Assembly: GCA_026415775.1 (NCBI GenBank)
Contig: JAOAGL010000001.1
Coordinates: forward strand, 206,233-270,232
Source of the DNA: Patescibacteria group bacterium
GTDB lineage: Bacteria > Patescibacteriota > Minisyncoccia > UBA6257 > JAAZHW01
Direction: 5' to 3'
Length of the DNA: 64,000 bases
Within the stretch, counting starts at the first letter, position 1. Each line of letters begins with the position of its first letter. Positions 41,601-50,163 of this stretch are shown one piece after another. A program made the translations under genes and the position numbers. The notes under the pieces were generated by a model. The model ran no database searches. It was not told the DNA's origin and saw only the letters and a list, made by a program, of their open reading frames with translations.

Positions 41601-42181
41601 CCAAAATCGGCTGCGTGGCTGATGATATGATTAATTGTAGCGGTACCATTGATGGTGATTCTAATACTCCAACTATTACTTTGTACAATGCTTCCATTGA
41701 TCCAGACGGAGATATAAAAACTTGTCAATGGGCAGTAGCAGAAAATCCGTCCTTAAACAAAACCAGTTGTTCGCCGTTAATAATTGGTGATACGATTGGC
41801 AATTATAGTGTAACGTTGACGGTTATTGATTCCAAAGGACATTCTAGTCAGACATCAATTGTTGCCAAAGTGAAAGATGTGACGGAGTTAACGCCAAAAT
41901 TTGTTTGGGATCCTTATGTTCCGATTGTTAACAAGGAAACAAGATTTTTTGACAGGTCATTAACGCCGAAGGGCACATCATTGAAGACATGGAATTGGAG
42001 TTTTGAAGGGGCAAATATTGCTACTTCAACAGAGCCCAATCCAACCGTTATCTTTACAAGCATTGGTCCGAAAAAGGTTACTTTAACTGTTAAAAATTCA
42101 GCTAACGAAACAAAAACAATTACTCAAACAATCGATGTCCGAGCGGCAGCGCCAGAGTGGAAAGAGGTAATTCCTAGATAA
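38663..42181 (+). CDS. Large Cys-rich cell-surface protein with Pro/Thr linker, Ig-like repeats and PKD domains
   Basis: Signal peptide; PT repeat; LxWxSxNVxSCxAS...WxGxV repeats; WNWSFEG...NP...GPKKVTLTV PKD; C-terminal EWKEVIPR. Confidence 0.8.
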   Translation: MNHILSKYKLFLLIGLSIFLQLLVTYNFTNISQAAISRGCATYDECTTRQDCEAIGGVWIVTGPGGMVQPGVIIEEEGYCVPPGGTSPTPTSTKTPTPTATPTSTLTPTPTSTTTQTPTPTSTPTPTPTPTGCGSYTTMGDCEADENCEWVFLYADPNGLEGYCKDAEPPPPGCLPSSLTYSNYNANFTYRSECYNVINQIGSSNIIKSFTTSPEFLNFYSSGLPAFKTGDCPGSSLKTQVCFYPDPDNSAFRPAWFFKKASSYTFQNSCVNCTMGGVMSDKNISVYNTSLYNVPCGPSYSTAPAISLTATENTASAQYRHSVSINKGKWEGYSINDAKKTLIYDFSIDKTKISLGDSVTLHWKIINGPGYSSTGGGSTGGGGSFPPGEPRTRQEDPNAPPPGWDGGGGFLYPLKQFSLETVKNTIAQLFGISKKAEALENYPTEAECLAHGCDWVYGAYNPWDPNAPAGCICPLNTQIVVPSPSTPPLIALFIGNATCQKTPQESVNCPFQPNQIYPLVTSVSNIEPTNSFSVKNIFQKLFGLISPTQAQTVSVFEKTYEGTLTLYPQSPTNFYLITYGIIGEGPGYILSEPVQVDIATYNPWVDLKVQKSPGHEFVDGPVWINSGDDVVLKWSSNDVDSCTASASPTNNQWKGNVLLQNEGLTISDIVTSTTFMISCHGLNGSTVNDSITVTIGKTAWVNLSADINGSLNDGPVTITQGKNLTLTWTSANVTSCSASSAPLNSSWNGNVATSGTKLITNLQESTDFIITCDKGASDHVMVNVVPQTATVNIVVRLNGEALNNAAVNYVLTGPTTIQGSKSGAFNIAISSALGDSYTLTYLSGGPEGASFVGSESQSRIIKPGDEVTFYFDFSTQDLCHIDVSALYNGQPWSGKLSYLLIGPTILTGNTVPYTFPAVPPGVYYISYISGGPDNFLGVELKNALTCPAKGSITFGLKFGTSPTPTPIIPPAEIGDNPPTAKIGCVADDMINCSGTIDGDSNTPTITLYNASIDPDGDIKTCQWAVAENPSLNKTSCSPLIIGDTIGNYSVTLTVIDSKGHSSQTSIVAKVKDVTELTPKFVWDPYVPIVNKETRFFDRSLTPKGTSLKTWNWSFEGANIATSTEPNPTVIFTSIGPKKVTLTVKNSANETKTITQTIDVRAAAPEWKEVIPR
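38918..39055 (+). repeat. Low-complexity (Thr-Pro)n coding repeat
   Basis: TSPTPTSTKTPTPTATPTSTLTPTPTSTTTQTPTPTSTPTPTPTPT. Confidence 0.9.
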
Positions 42182-42196
42182 AAAATTCATTAAATT

Positions 42197-43444
42197 ATGT
42201 CTAATTATCAGGAAGAAATTGCTAAAATTCTTCGTTGTTCTCCTAATGTCATTTTTGATTTGGAGGGTAGAATGAATGATTGTGCAGGTAAAAGTGGTAT
42301 TTTGGAAGAGCTATGGAGAGAAAATAATCAAATAATAGAGAATAGGATTAAACGATTAGGCATCAATAATTTAAGCGCGGAAAAGATTTTTACATCGTTG
42401 ATTAACAAAATTTCTAAAGCTGATAAAATTTTTGTTCAGCGATTGGGAAATATATCATTAACACAGGTTGCTGATTGTCAGCGAGTTTTAGATTTTCTTT
42501 ATACGCATCTCCCGCCGCTGAAGGGATTTTTTATTAAAAAAGAAAAAGCGAAGGAGTTACTAATAAAAGAACCACCCCAAAAAATTTTATCCTATTTGGG
42601 CTATAACGATGTTAAAGAGATGATAGACAAAGAGGATTTAGATGAAATTTTTGCTGCATTGCGTTTTGTTGAGGACAACCAGTGGCTTAATCAAGTGTTT
42701 TTTAAACAATATGAGGATTTAAAATCCGAGGATTTTGAGAGTAGAGAAGTAAAATTAAAAGCTTTGTCTATTAAATGGAAGGGAGCGGCAGAAAAATTTG
42801 TAATTAAAAAATATCATAATATCAGTCATCTTAAAGAATTTGGTGTAGTTTTTGTTATCCCAGTGGTCTTGAATATTCCAGGCGAAGTTTTGCGAATGAT
42901 TTCTTTGATTTTACACTATTATTACGAAGTAAAATTTTATTCTGATATTTTTCGTCAATATAGTAAAGATAATGATTTTGCGCAAAAGTTAATAACAATT
43001 TTGAAGGGGGATTTGGGCGGGCAACTGGATAGAAGGGCAAAATGTCAGTGGTTAATTATTCAGCAATATTTGGCAAAAGACAATGAAAATGACCCACGAC
43101 TTTTTGTTCCGCATGTTAATCCTGAAGCCGTTCATTGGTATAAAGCCGAAAATGATATGGCAAAATTTGGACAATGGCTTGAGGGCATTGAGGAGGATTT
43201 TAGTTTTTGGGAAGGGATTAGTTGGGTTGGGAAATATTTTTTAAATCAGGAAGGAAAAGAAGAATTGGTAAGTTTTGATTTGATTGATAACACCATGTCG
43301 TTAGTTAAAGAAAAAGAAAGAATAAAGTATTTGTATCATCAGCAGGAGGCATTGTGGAACGAAATTTTTGCCCGTTATTTTAGTCACGAAGAATTAGAGA
43401 AAAAAATTAAAGAAAATTTAATTAAAGGCACCATTGATTTATGA
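42197..43444 (+). CDS. Hypothetical protein
   Basis: 415-aa ORF with host-like composition; KYHNISHLKEFG, PHVNPEAVHW, KYLYHQQEALWN; function not recognised. Confidence 0.8.
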   Translation: MSNYQEEIAKILRCSPNVIFDLEGRMNDCAGKSGILEELWRENNQIIENRIKRLGINNLSAEKIFTSLINKISKADKIFVQRLGNISLTQVADCQRVLDFLYTHLPPLKGFFIKKEKAKELLIKEPPQKILSYLGYNDVKEMIDKEDLDEIFAALRFVEDNQWLNQVFFKQYEDLKSEDFESREVKLKALSIKWKGAAEKFVIKKYHNISHLKEFGVVFVIPVVLNIPGEVLRMISLILHYYYEVKFYSDIFRQYSKDNDFAQKLITILKGDLGGQLDRRAKCQWLIIQQYLAKDNENDPRLFVPHVNPEAVHWYKAENDMAKFGQWLEGIEEDFSFWEGISWVGKYFLNQEGKEELVSFDLIDNTMSLVKEKERIKYLYHQQEALWNEIFARYFSHEELEKKIKENLIKGTIDL

Positions 43445-43698
43445 ATAATATTTTTAAAAATTTTTATCAGCCGATGACGTGCAAACAAGCACTAAAAACA
43501 TTTTTGGCTTATATTGCGCTTTTATTAGCCCAGTTTTTGATTGAATATTGTTTTATGATTTTGGCTATTTTTTATTCGCCGAGGTTAAGTTATTGGTTTG
43601 CGAGTAAATTTAATCTAAAAATATTTTTATTTTTTAGCGGCATAATTAGTTTGCTATTAGTTTTTGAAGCATTAAAAGAGGGAAGAAGAGAAAGATAA
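43441..43698 (+). CDS. Small membrane protein
   Basis: Two hydrophobic segments; ATGA overlap with upstream gene. Confidence 0.6.
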   Translation: MNNIFKNFYQPMTCKQALKTFLAYIALLLAQFLIEYCFMILAIFYSPRLSYWFASKFNLKIFLFFSGIISLLLVFEALKEGRRER

Positions 43699-43708
43699 AA
43701 TTATTTTA

Positions 43709-43737
43709 TTGACGAAAACGATTTTTTTTGTTAAAAT
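43709..43737 (+). promoter_or_regulatory. Sigma70 promoter, near-leaderless rplY
   Basis: TTGACG-17bp-TAAAAT, 9 nt before ATG. Confidence 0.7.
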
Positions 43738-43746
43738 GCTACCACT

Positions 43747-44403
43747 ATGCAATTAAAAGCAATACTTCGAAACGTCAAAAAAAGCCCAAAATATTATTTA
43801 AAAAACGGTTTTGTGCCGGCTGTTTTATATGGTAAGGGAATTGAAAATGTTCACTTGGCCGTTCCCAAGGGAGAATTTGAAGATGTATTTAATGAAGCTG
43901 GGGAAACAGATATTGTTGATTTAATTATTGAAGATGACAAGAAAAAGCATCCAGTCTTAATTTATGATGTTCAATATCATTATATTAATCATCAGCCCAT
44001 TCATATAGATTTTTATCAGATTCGTCGCGATCAAAAAATTAAGACGCATATCCCAGTTGAATATATTGGTGAGTCGCCAGCCGTAAAGAATTTTGGCGGT
44101 ATTTTGGTTAAAAATGTAAATGAAATTGAAGTAGAGGCATTGCCCCAAGATTTACCGCATAATATTCCAGTGGATGTTTCTAAGTTAGAAACTATTGATT
44201 CCAAAATTTTAATAAAAGACTTGATGGTTTCGGAAAAGGTAAAAATATTAGCTGCGCCAGATACAGTAGTGGCGGCAGTGGTGGCGCCAAAAGAAGAAGA
44301 AGTTGTGGCCGCGCCTTCAATAACAGAAATTAAGATTGAAACCGAAGAGAAAAAAGCAGAACGTGTTCAAGCAGAAAAGCAATCTGATGAAAAATCAGAA
44401 TAA
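43747..44403 (+). CDS. rplY: 50S ribosomal protein L25/Ctc
   Basis: VPAVLYG, IHIDFY, PAVKNFGG, LPQDLP. Confidence 0.93.
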   Translation: MQLKAILRNVKKSPKYYLKNGFVPAVLYGKGIENVHLAVPKGEFEDVFNEAGETDIVDLIIEDDKKKHPVLIYDVQYHYINHQPIHIDFYQIRRDQKIKTHIPVEYIGESPAVKNFGGILVKNVNEIEVEALPQDLPHNIPVDVSKLETIDSKILIKDLMVSEKVKILAAPDTVVAAVVAPKEEEVVAAPSITEIKIETEEKKAERVQAEKQSDEKSE

Positions 44404-44408
44404 ATTTA

Positions 44409-45875
44409 ATGAGTAAAAACCTAGACAAACCAAAAATCGTAGTCGATGTTTTGACCAAGGGGAAAAATTCTGTTTTTGATAAATTACCTGATCCCTTAGG
44501 AAGATCATTTTCTCGGCTTTACCGTTTACCCAAAATTATTCGGCATTTTTTTATTGCTGGATTAATTATTTTAGTTTTTTCCATTAATACCATTCCAACT
44601 CTAATAGCTCCAATCGCTTTATCTTACGAGGATATTAGTGAAAGACAAGCATTAGAAAAACAACTTCAGGAGCTTGAAGCGCAAATTGATGAATATCAAG
44701 GAAACATTGCTGTTCTTCAAAAACAAGCAAATAGTTTAAGTCAAACAATTAAACTATTGGACGCTCAAATTAATAAATTAAACCTTCAAATTAAAGCCAC
44801 TAATTTGCAGTTGCAAAAATTAGATAGTGAAATCGGCACCATCAAAGTTAATGTTACAAAAACACAGAAAGATATTGATGAGACTCAAGATATGCTCGTA
44901 TATGCTTTAAAAAGAATTTATGAAGAAGGCCAGAAAACTTTATTGGTAGTTTTTTTGAGTGAAAACACTTTATCCGATGCCTTCACGGCTGTCAATGATT
45001 TAACCAGTTTACAAACTCAGATTAAAAACAATCTGGAACAACTGGTAAATTTAAAAACGGCGCTAGTGGAACAAAAAGAGAATTTAACTAATGAAAGAGA
45101 GGAGGTTTTAAGATTAAAATCATTACAAGAAGTGCAAAAAAGACAATTAGAAGCAACTAAAAAAGAGAAAGATGATTTGATGAGGATAACCAAAGGCCAA
45201 GAAAGCAGATATCAGGAATTGTTGAAAAAAACTCAACAAACCGCTTCACAAATCAGAAGCAGGATTTTTAGTTTGTTAGGCGGAGGTGAATTAAGTTTTG
45301 AAGATGCTTATAAATTAGCAAAATTTGCTGGCGATCAAACGAGGGTGCGACCAGCTCTGCTTTTAGCCGTTTTGGATAGAGAATCAGCTTTTGGTAGAAA
45401 TGTTGGACGTTGCAATTGGAAAACAGCAATGCACCCAACAAGAGATCAACCAATTTTTCTTCAAATTGTTCAGGAATTGGGCATTAGTCCTGATAGTGTT
45501 TATGTTTCGTGCGCTAATTCTGATGGTGCTTATGGAGGAGCAATGGGACCAGCGCAATTCATTCCTTCCACTTGGTGGCAATACAAAAATAGAATAGCAG
45601 CGATAACAGGAAATAATCCACCGTCTCCATGGAGAAATGTAGACGCATTTGTGGCGATGGCCTTGCTTCTTAAAGATTTAGGAGCAGACAAACAAACTTA
45701 TGCTGCGGAACGAGAAGCCGCTGCTCGTTATTATGCTGGTAGTCGTTGGAGAAGTTTTCTTTACAGTTATGGTCAATGGGTAGTGGAAAAAGCCCAAAAA
45801 TATGAGGCAGATATTCGTAATTCTAATTTGGGAATTTTTAAACTAGATAAAGAATTAGCAATGATAAGAAATTAA
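44409..45875 (+). CDS. Coiled-coil lytic murein transglycosylase (SLT_2/MltB-like C-terminus)
   Basis: TM, long coiled coil, RESAFG, GAMGPAQFIPSTW. Confidence 0.85.
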   Translation: MSKNLDKPKIVVDVLTKGKNSVFDKLPDPLGRSFSRLYRLPKIIRHFFIAGLIILVFSINTIPTLIAPIALSYEDISERQALEKQLQELEAQIDEYQGNIAVLQKQANSLSQTIKLLDAQINKLNLQIKATNLQLQKLDSEIGTIKVNVTKTQKDIDETQDMLVYALKRIYEEGQKTLLVVFLSENTLSDAFTAVNDLTSLQTQIKNNLEQLVNLKTALVEQKENLTNEREEVLRLKSLQEVQKRQLEATKKEKDDLMRITKGQESRYQELLKKTQQTASQIRSRIFSLLGGGELSFEDAYKLAKFAGDQTRVRPALLLAVLDRESAFGRNVGRCNWKTAMHPTRDQPIFLQIVQELGISPDSVYVSCANSDGAYGGAMGPAQFIPSTWWQYKNRIAAITGNNPPSPWRNVDAFVAMALLLKDLGADKQTYAAEREAAARYYAGSRWRSFLYSYGQWVVEKAQKYEADIRNSNLGIFKLDKELAMIRN

Positions 45876-45898
45876 AAAAGCTCGTTGAAGAGCTTTTT
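45875..45898. terminator. Bidirectional terminator
   Basis: aaaaagctc-gttgaa-gagcttttt between convergent genes. Confidence 0.65.
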
Positions 45899-46631
45899 AA
45901 TTATTTTTTTCCTGATAAATTTTGAAAATATTATCTAATTCACCATCCATAATTTTTTCCAAATTATGGAAATTTTTCTTATAGCGATGATCTGTCAAAC
46001 GATCTTGCGGGAAATTATAAGTTTTGATTTTTTCAGAACGATCAGCACGGCCAATTTGTTGGCGTCTTTCTTCGGAAAGTTTTCCTTGGTCAGCCGTCCA
46101 TTTAGCCTCATATAATTTTGTTTTCAACATCTCAATAGCTTTTTCTCTATTTTTGAATTGAGACCTTTCGCTTTGACAGGAAACAATTACTCCGCTTGGT
46201 TTATGTAGAATACGGACAGCGGTTTCAACTTTATTAACATTTTGTCCGCCTGGCCCTGATGATCGGAAAAAACTAATTTCTAAATCTTCTGGTTTAATAT
46301 CAACTTTTACATCTTTTGGTTTATATAAAACTGCTACAGAGGCGGTAGAAGTATGAACGCGGCCGGATTTTTCTGTTTCGGGAATGCGTTGAACGCGATG
46401 AACACCAGCTTCGTTTTTAAATATTTCCACTCCTTCACCAGTAATTTCCAAAACCGCCTCCTTAATTCCTTTTAACGAACTATAACTGATATCCAAAAGA
46501 GTTGTTTGCCAGTTTTTTTTCTGGGCATATTTTTGATACATTCTTAATAATTCAGCAGCAAAAAGAGCGGCTTCTTCGCCGCCAACACCAGCTCTTATTT
46601 CTAAAATTATAGAATTAACCTCTTGAGACAT
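45897..46631 (-). CDS. prfA: Peptide chain release factor 1, lacking N-terminal domain 1
   Basis: EIRAGVGGEEA, PET (PxT) motif, GRVHTS, GPGGQNVNK, TYNFPQDRLTDHR. Confidence 0.9.
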   Translation of the reverse strand: MSQEVNSIILEIRAGVGGEEAALFAAELLRMYQKYAQKKNWQTTLLDISYSSLKGIKEAVLEITGEGVEIFKNEAGVHRVQRIPETEKSGRVHTSTASVAVLYKPKDVKVDIKPEDLEISFFRSSGPGGQNVNKVETAVRILHKPSGVIVSCQSERSQFKNREKAIEMLKTKLYEAKWTADQGKLSEERRQQIGRADRSEKIKTYNFPQDRLTDHRYKKNFHNLEKIMDGELDNIFKIYQEKNN

Positions 46632-46637
46632 AAAAAA

Positions 46638-46925
46638 TTATTTTTCGGATTTTTCTTTTCGTTTGCTCTCTTTTTTTACTCTTTTGGTTTTTTTAACGCC
46701 TTTCCCTTCTTTTTCTAATATGGTTTTCTTTTCCAAGCGTTTCTTAAATTTATCAACGCGGCCGGCTGTATCAATAATTTTTTCTTTGCCAGTGTAAAAG
46801 GGGTGGCATTTTGAACAGATTTCTACTTCGATTTCTGGAACTGTGGCGCCGATTTCAAATGTATTTCCGCAAACACATTTGACTTTAGCATTAGGATAAT
46901 ATTTTGGATGAATTTCTTTTTTCAT
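46638..46925 (-). CDS. rpmE: 50S ribosomal protein L31 (Zn-binding type)
   Basis: [29 protein letters not shown]. Confidence 0.97.
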   Translation of the reverse strand: MKKEIHPKYYPNAKVKCVCGNTFEIGATVPEIEVEICSKCHPFYTGKEKIIDTAGRVDKFKKRLEKKTILEKEGKGVKKTKRVKKESKRKEKSEK

Positions 46926-47019
46926 ATATAGCTATTTTATAAGAAAAAAACAAAAAAGCAAGTGTTTTAATAATTCTAAAACTTGCATTTTCTAAAAATT
47001 TCAATAGAATGTTATTATT

Positions 47020-47724
47020 ATGATTACGACCGTTCAAAATCATTTAAACCAACAAGATTTGGAAAAAGAAAGAATTTTGAAAGAAATGGCTGAGGCAAAA
47101 GTTTGTTTTGGGCACAGCGCTTCGCGTTTGCATCCGCGAATGAAACCATTTGTTGCGGGTGTAAAGAATACCCAAACAATTATTAATTTAGAAAAGACTT
47201 ACGACTATTTGATTAAAGCCAGAGAACTTTTCAGTTCTTTAAAAAAAGAAGGAAAAACAATTTTATTTGTTAATACCAACCCAGCTACTAATGATATCAC
47301 TGAGGCAGCGGCCACAAAGACTAGCAACCCGTTTATTACTAATCGTTGGATAGGAGGATTTTTAACAAATTTTCCTGTTATTTCCAAACGCATCGCTTAT
47401 TTCAATGAATTGAAAAAAAAGAAAGAATCGGGAGAGTTGGAAAAGTACACTAAAAAGGAGCAGTTGAAATTTGAGGAAGAACTGGAAGAACTAGAAGAAT
47501 TATTTGCGGGTGTAAAAAATTGTCAGAAATTGCCAGATGCGATTTTTGTTATTGACGCCAAAATTCATCAATACGCTGTTAAAGAGGCTCAACGCATTGG
47601 AATTCCAATTATTGCTTTGGTGAATACCGATAATGACCCAACGGGAATCGTTTGTCCGATTCCAGCTAGTGACCTTCATCGAAGCAGTGTGGAATATATC
47701 ACAAATTTCATTATTAACGATTAA
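47020..47724 (+). CDS. rpsB: 30S ribosomal protein S2
   Basis: FGH..HPRM, RWIGGFLTNF, DTDND-like NTDNDP. Confidence 0.95.
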   Translation: MITTVQNHLNQQDLEKERILKEMAEAKVCFGHSASRLHPRMKPFVAGVKNTQTIINLEKTYDYLIKARELFSSLKKEGKTILFVNTNPATNDITEAAATKTSNPFITNRWIGGFLTNFPVISKRIAYFNELKKKKESGELEKYTKKEQLKFEEELEELEELFAGVKNCQKLPDAIFVIDAKIHQYAVKEAQRIGIPIIALVNTDNDPTGIVCPIPASDLHRSSVEYITNFIIND

Positions 47725-47781
47725 AATTTTATTGTTTATAATATAGAATAAAGTCGTTTTTTTGATAATAAAATTTCAATT

Positions 47782-48363
47782 ATGGATTTAAAACAAGTAA
47801 AAGAATTACGTGATTTAACTGGCGCATCCATTATGGATTGTCGCAATGCTTTAGAAGAGGCGAAGGGGGATTTTAATAAAGCGCAGGAGATTTTAAAGAA
47901 AAAAGGTTTAGCTATTGCGGCAAAAAAAGAAAGTCGCGAAACAAAAGCCGGTTTAATTGAAGCCTACATCCACGCTAATGGTAAAATTGGTGTTTTAATT
48001 GATTTGCGTTGTGAAACTGATTTTGTGGCTAAAAATCCTTTATTTAAGGAATTAGCTCATGATTTAGCTTTACAAATTGCTGCTATGTCTCCGTTGTACG
48101 TTAGCGAGAGTGATATTCCGGAGGAATTATTAAACAAAGAGAAAGAATCCTATTTAGCAGAATTTAAAAACAGCAACAAACCAGAGAAAGTTATTAATCA
48201 AATTATTGAGGGAAAATTACAAAAGTGGTATCAGGAAATTTGTTTAATTCACCAGCCATTCATTAAAAATCAGGATCAAAAAGTAGAAGATGTGGTGAAG
48301 GAATATATCGCTAAAATAGGGGAAAACATTAAGATACATCGATTTGTCAGATTTGAAATCTAA
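47782..48363 (+). CDS. tsf: Elongation factor Ts (short form)
   Basis: LRDLTGASIMDC, CETDFVAK. Confidence 0.97.
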   Translation: MDLKQVKELRDLTGASIMDCRNALEEAKGDFNKAQEILKKKGLAIAAKKESRETKAGLIEAYIHANGKIGVLIDLRCETDFVAKNPLFKELAHDLALQIAAMSPLYVSESDIPEELLNKEKESYLAEFKNSNKPEKVINQIIEGKLQKWYQEICLIHQPFIKNQDQKVEDVVKEYIAKIGENIKIHRFVRFEI

Positions 48364-48366
48364 TAT

Positions 48367-48903
48367 ATGTTTGCCATTCTTTCACAATTATTATTTTTTT
48401 TAGGATTAGCAATAATCATTTTTTTGGTGGCGAGAAAAATACCAAAAATTACAGCGGGTTTGGATTCCGAAGAGGAGCAGCCATTAGAAGTCCAAATCGA
48501 AAATCATATTGGCAAAAGTTTTTTTAGAATTCCTTGGGATAAATTAGATGCTACTTTTGAGAAGCTGGTGGAAAAATTAATGAGACGCATTCATATTTTA
48601 ATTTTGAAACTAGAAACATTGTTGCAGAAAAAATTAGAATCATTTAAAAATAAAAAGAAAGAAAAATCCTCGTTCATTCAACAAGTAAATGGGGAGGACT
48701 TAAAAAAAGAAGAATCGGAAGTTATTGATTTAAGCAATGTTGATTTAGACAATTTAGAAAATTTAACTAATAGCGAGAATAACGTTGTAAATTATAATGA
48801 ATCGGAAAGCTTTGAAGTAGAGGAAGCAATAAATGAAGAAAAGATAGTTGAAGAAAATAATAAAAAAGTGTTAAATAGTAAAAGACGCAAAAAACAAAAT
48901 TAG
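48367..48903 (+). CDS. Hypothetical membrane-anchored protein
   Basis: N-terminal TM, acidic low-complexity tail. Confidence 0.7.
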   Translation: MFAILSQLLFFLGLAIIIFLVARKIPKITAGLDSEEEQPLEVQIENHIGKSFFRIPWDKLDATFEKLVEKLMRRIHILILKLETLLQKKLESFKNKKKEKSSFIQQVNGEDLKKEESEVIDLSNVDLDNLENLTNSENNVVNYNESESFEVEEAINEEKIVEENNKKVLNSKRRKKQN

Positions 48904-48928
48904 TTTTTTAAAAAACAAATCGAGTTGC

Positions 48929-49000
48929 GCCGATGTAGCTCAGCGGTAGAGCAACTGTTTTGTAAACAGTAGGTCGTCGGTTCGAATCCGACCATCGGCT
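48929..49000 (+). tRNA. tRNA-Thr(TGT)
   Basis: GCCGATG/CATCGGC, ACTGT-TT-TGT-AA-ACAGT. Confidence 0.95.
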
Positions 49001-49014
49001 CCGACGATCTAGAT

Positions 49015-49098
49015 GGGCGGGTGGCAGAGTGGTCAATTGCAACGGTCTGTAAAACCGTCGCCCTAGTGGCTACGCAGGTTCGAATCCTGCCCCGCCCA
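49015..49098 (+). tRNA. tRNA-Tyr(GTA)
   Basis: GGGCGGG/CCCGCCC-A, ACGGT-CT-GTA-AA-ACCGT, long variable arm. Confidence 0.95.
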
Positions 49099-49149
49099 CT
49101 TAAAATACTTGCTCTTTGAATTGTTTCAATTAAAATAAGAGAAATTATT

Positions 49150-49221
49150 GCCAGAGTAGTTCAGTGGTAGAACGCATTCTTGGTAAGAATGAGGTCGAGG
49201 GTTCGATTCCCTCCTCTGGCT
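49150..49221 (+). tRNA. tRNA-Thr(GGT)
   Basis: GCCAGAG/CTCTGGC, CATTC-TT-GGT-AA-GAATG. Confidence 0.95.
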
Positions 49222-49253
49222 CTGGAAATTAAAAGTCGTCTAATATCTAGAAT

Positions 49254-49412
49254 ATGCCACAGGAAAATTTAATTAAACTTCAATGCTCGGTGTGTAAAAG
49301 GATTAATTATTACACCCGAAAAAATAAAAAAACTATTCAGAAAAAATTAGAAATAAAAAAATATTGTCCTTTTTGCGATAAAAGAACAGTACATAAAGAA
49401 GTGAAAAGATAA
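49254..49412 (+). CDS. rpmG: 50S ribosomal protein L33 (Zn-binding; not in ORF track)
   Basis: Manual translation [52 protein letters not shown]. Confidence 0.95.
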   Translation: MPQENLIKLQCSVCKRINYYTRKNKKTIQKKLEIKKYCPFCDKRTVHKEVKR

Positions 49413-49434
49413 AAGACCTTGAAAAAGGTTTTTT

Positions 49435-49506
49435 GGGTCCGTCGGTTAATTGGCAAACCACTGGTCTCCAAAACCAGCACTGCAGGTTCGAGTCCTGCCG
49501 GACCCG
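49435..49506 (+). tRNA. tRNA-Trp(CCA)
   Basis: GGGTCCG/CGGACCC-G, CTGGT-CT-CCA-AA-ACCAG. Confidence 0.92.
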
Positions 49507-49526
49507 CGGCGCTAAGAAAAAAACAT

Positions 49527-50123
49527 ATGCGTAAAAAAGATTTAATTTTGGGATTTTTGATAGGATTAATTATTTCTTTTTTAATTTGGCCAGTTTGGTT
49601 AAATTTACATATCTTGTTGAATTTCTGGTCTTATCGGTGGTTATTGATTATTATCTTGCCGATTTTAACTTTGGCAGTTGTTGTAGTCGCACATCTACTT
49701 AAAAAAATCACCAATCTTTTTTGGCAATTGGCGAAATATGGGTTGGTTGGCATTCTTAATACTTTGATTGACTTTGGCATTCTTAATTTTTTGAGTTATT
49801 TAACAAAAATTTATCAGGGCGGCTGGTTGGTGGTATTTAATTTCTTTGCTTTTTTTACTGCTAATATTAATAGTTATTTCTGGAATAAATATTGGACATT
49901 TGAATCTTCTGAAAAAGCAAAAACTCAAGAGTTTATCAAATTTTTCACTGTTAGTGTTGTCGGTTTTTTGCTTAATTCAGCCGTGCTTTTCGGGATAACT
50001 TCTATTCATCCACAGTTTAATTTAAGCGCAAGTCAGTGGGAAAATGTAGCTAAAGTTATCGGCACTTTTATTTATTTAGTTTGGAATTTTGTTGGTTATA
50101 AATTCTTTGTTTTTAAGAAATAA
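49527..50123 (+). CDS. GtrA family protein
   Basis: AKYGLVGILNTLIDFG, NSYFWNKYWTF, WNFVGYKFFVF; start moved past tRNA-Trp. Confidence 0.88.
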   Translation: MRKKDLILGFLIGLIISFLIWPVWLNLHILLNFWSYRWLLIIILPILTLAVVVVAHLLKKITNLFWQLAKYGLVGILNTLIDFGILNFLSYLTKIYQGGWLVVFNFFAFFTANINSYFWNKYWTFESSEKAKTQEFIKFFTVSVVGFLLNSAVLFGITSIHPQFNLSASQWENVAKVIGTFIYLVWNFVGYKFFVFKK

Positions 50124-50163
50124 TTTGATTTTTTGCTATTTTTGTTTAATATTGTAAATAATT

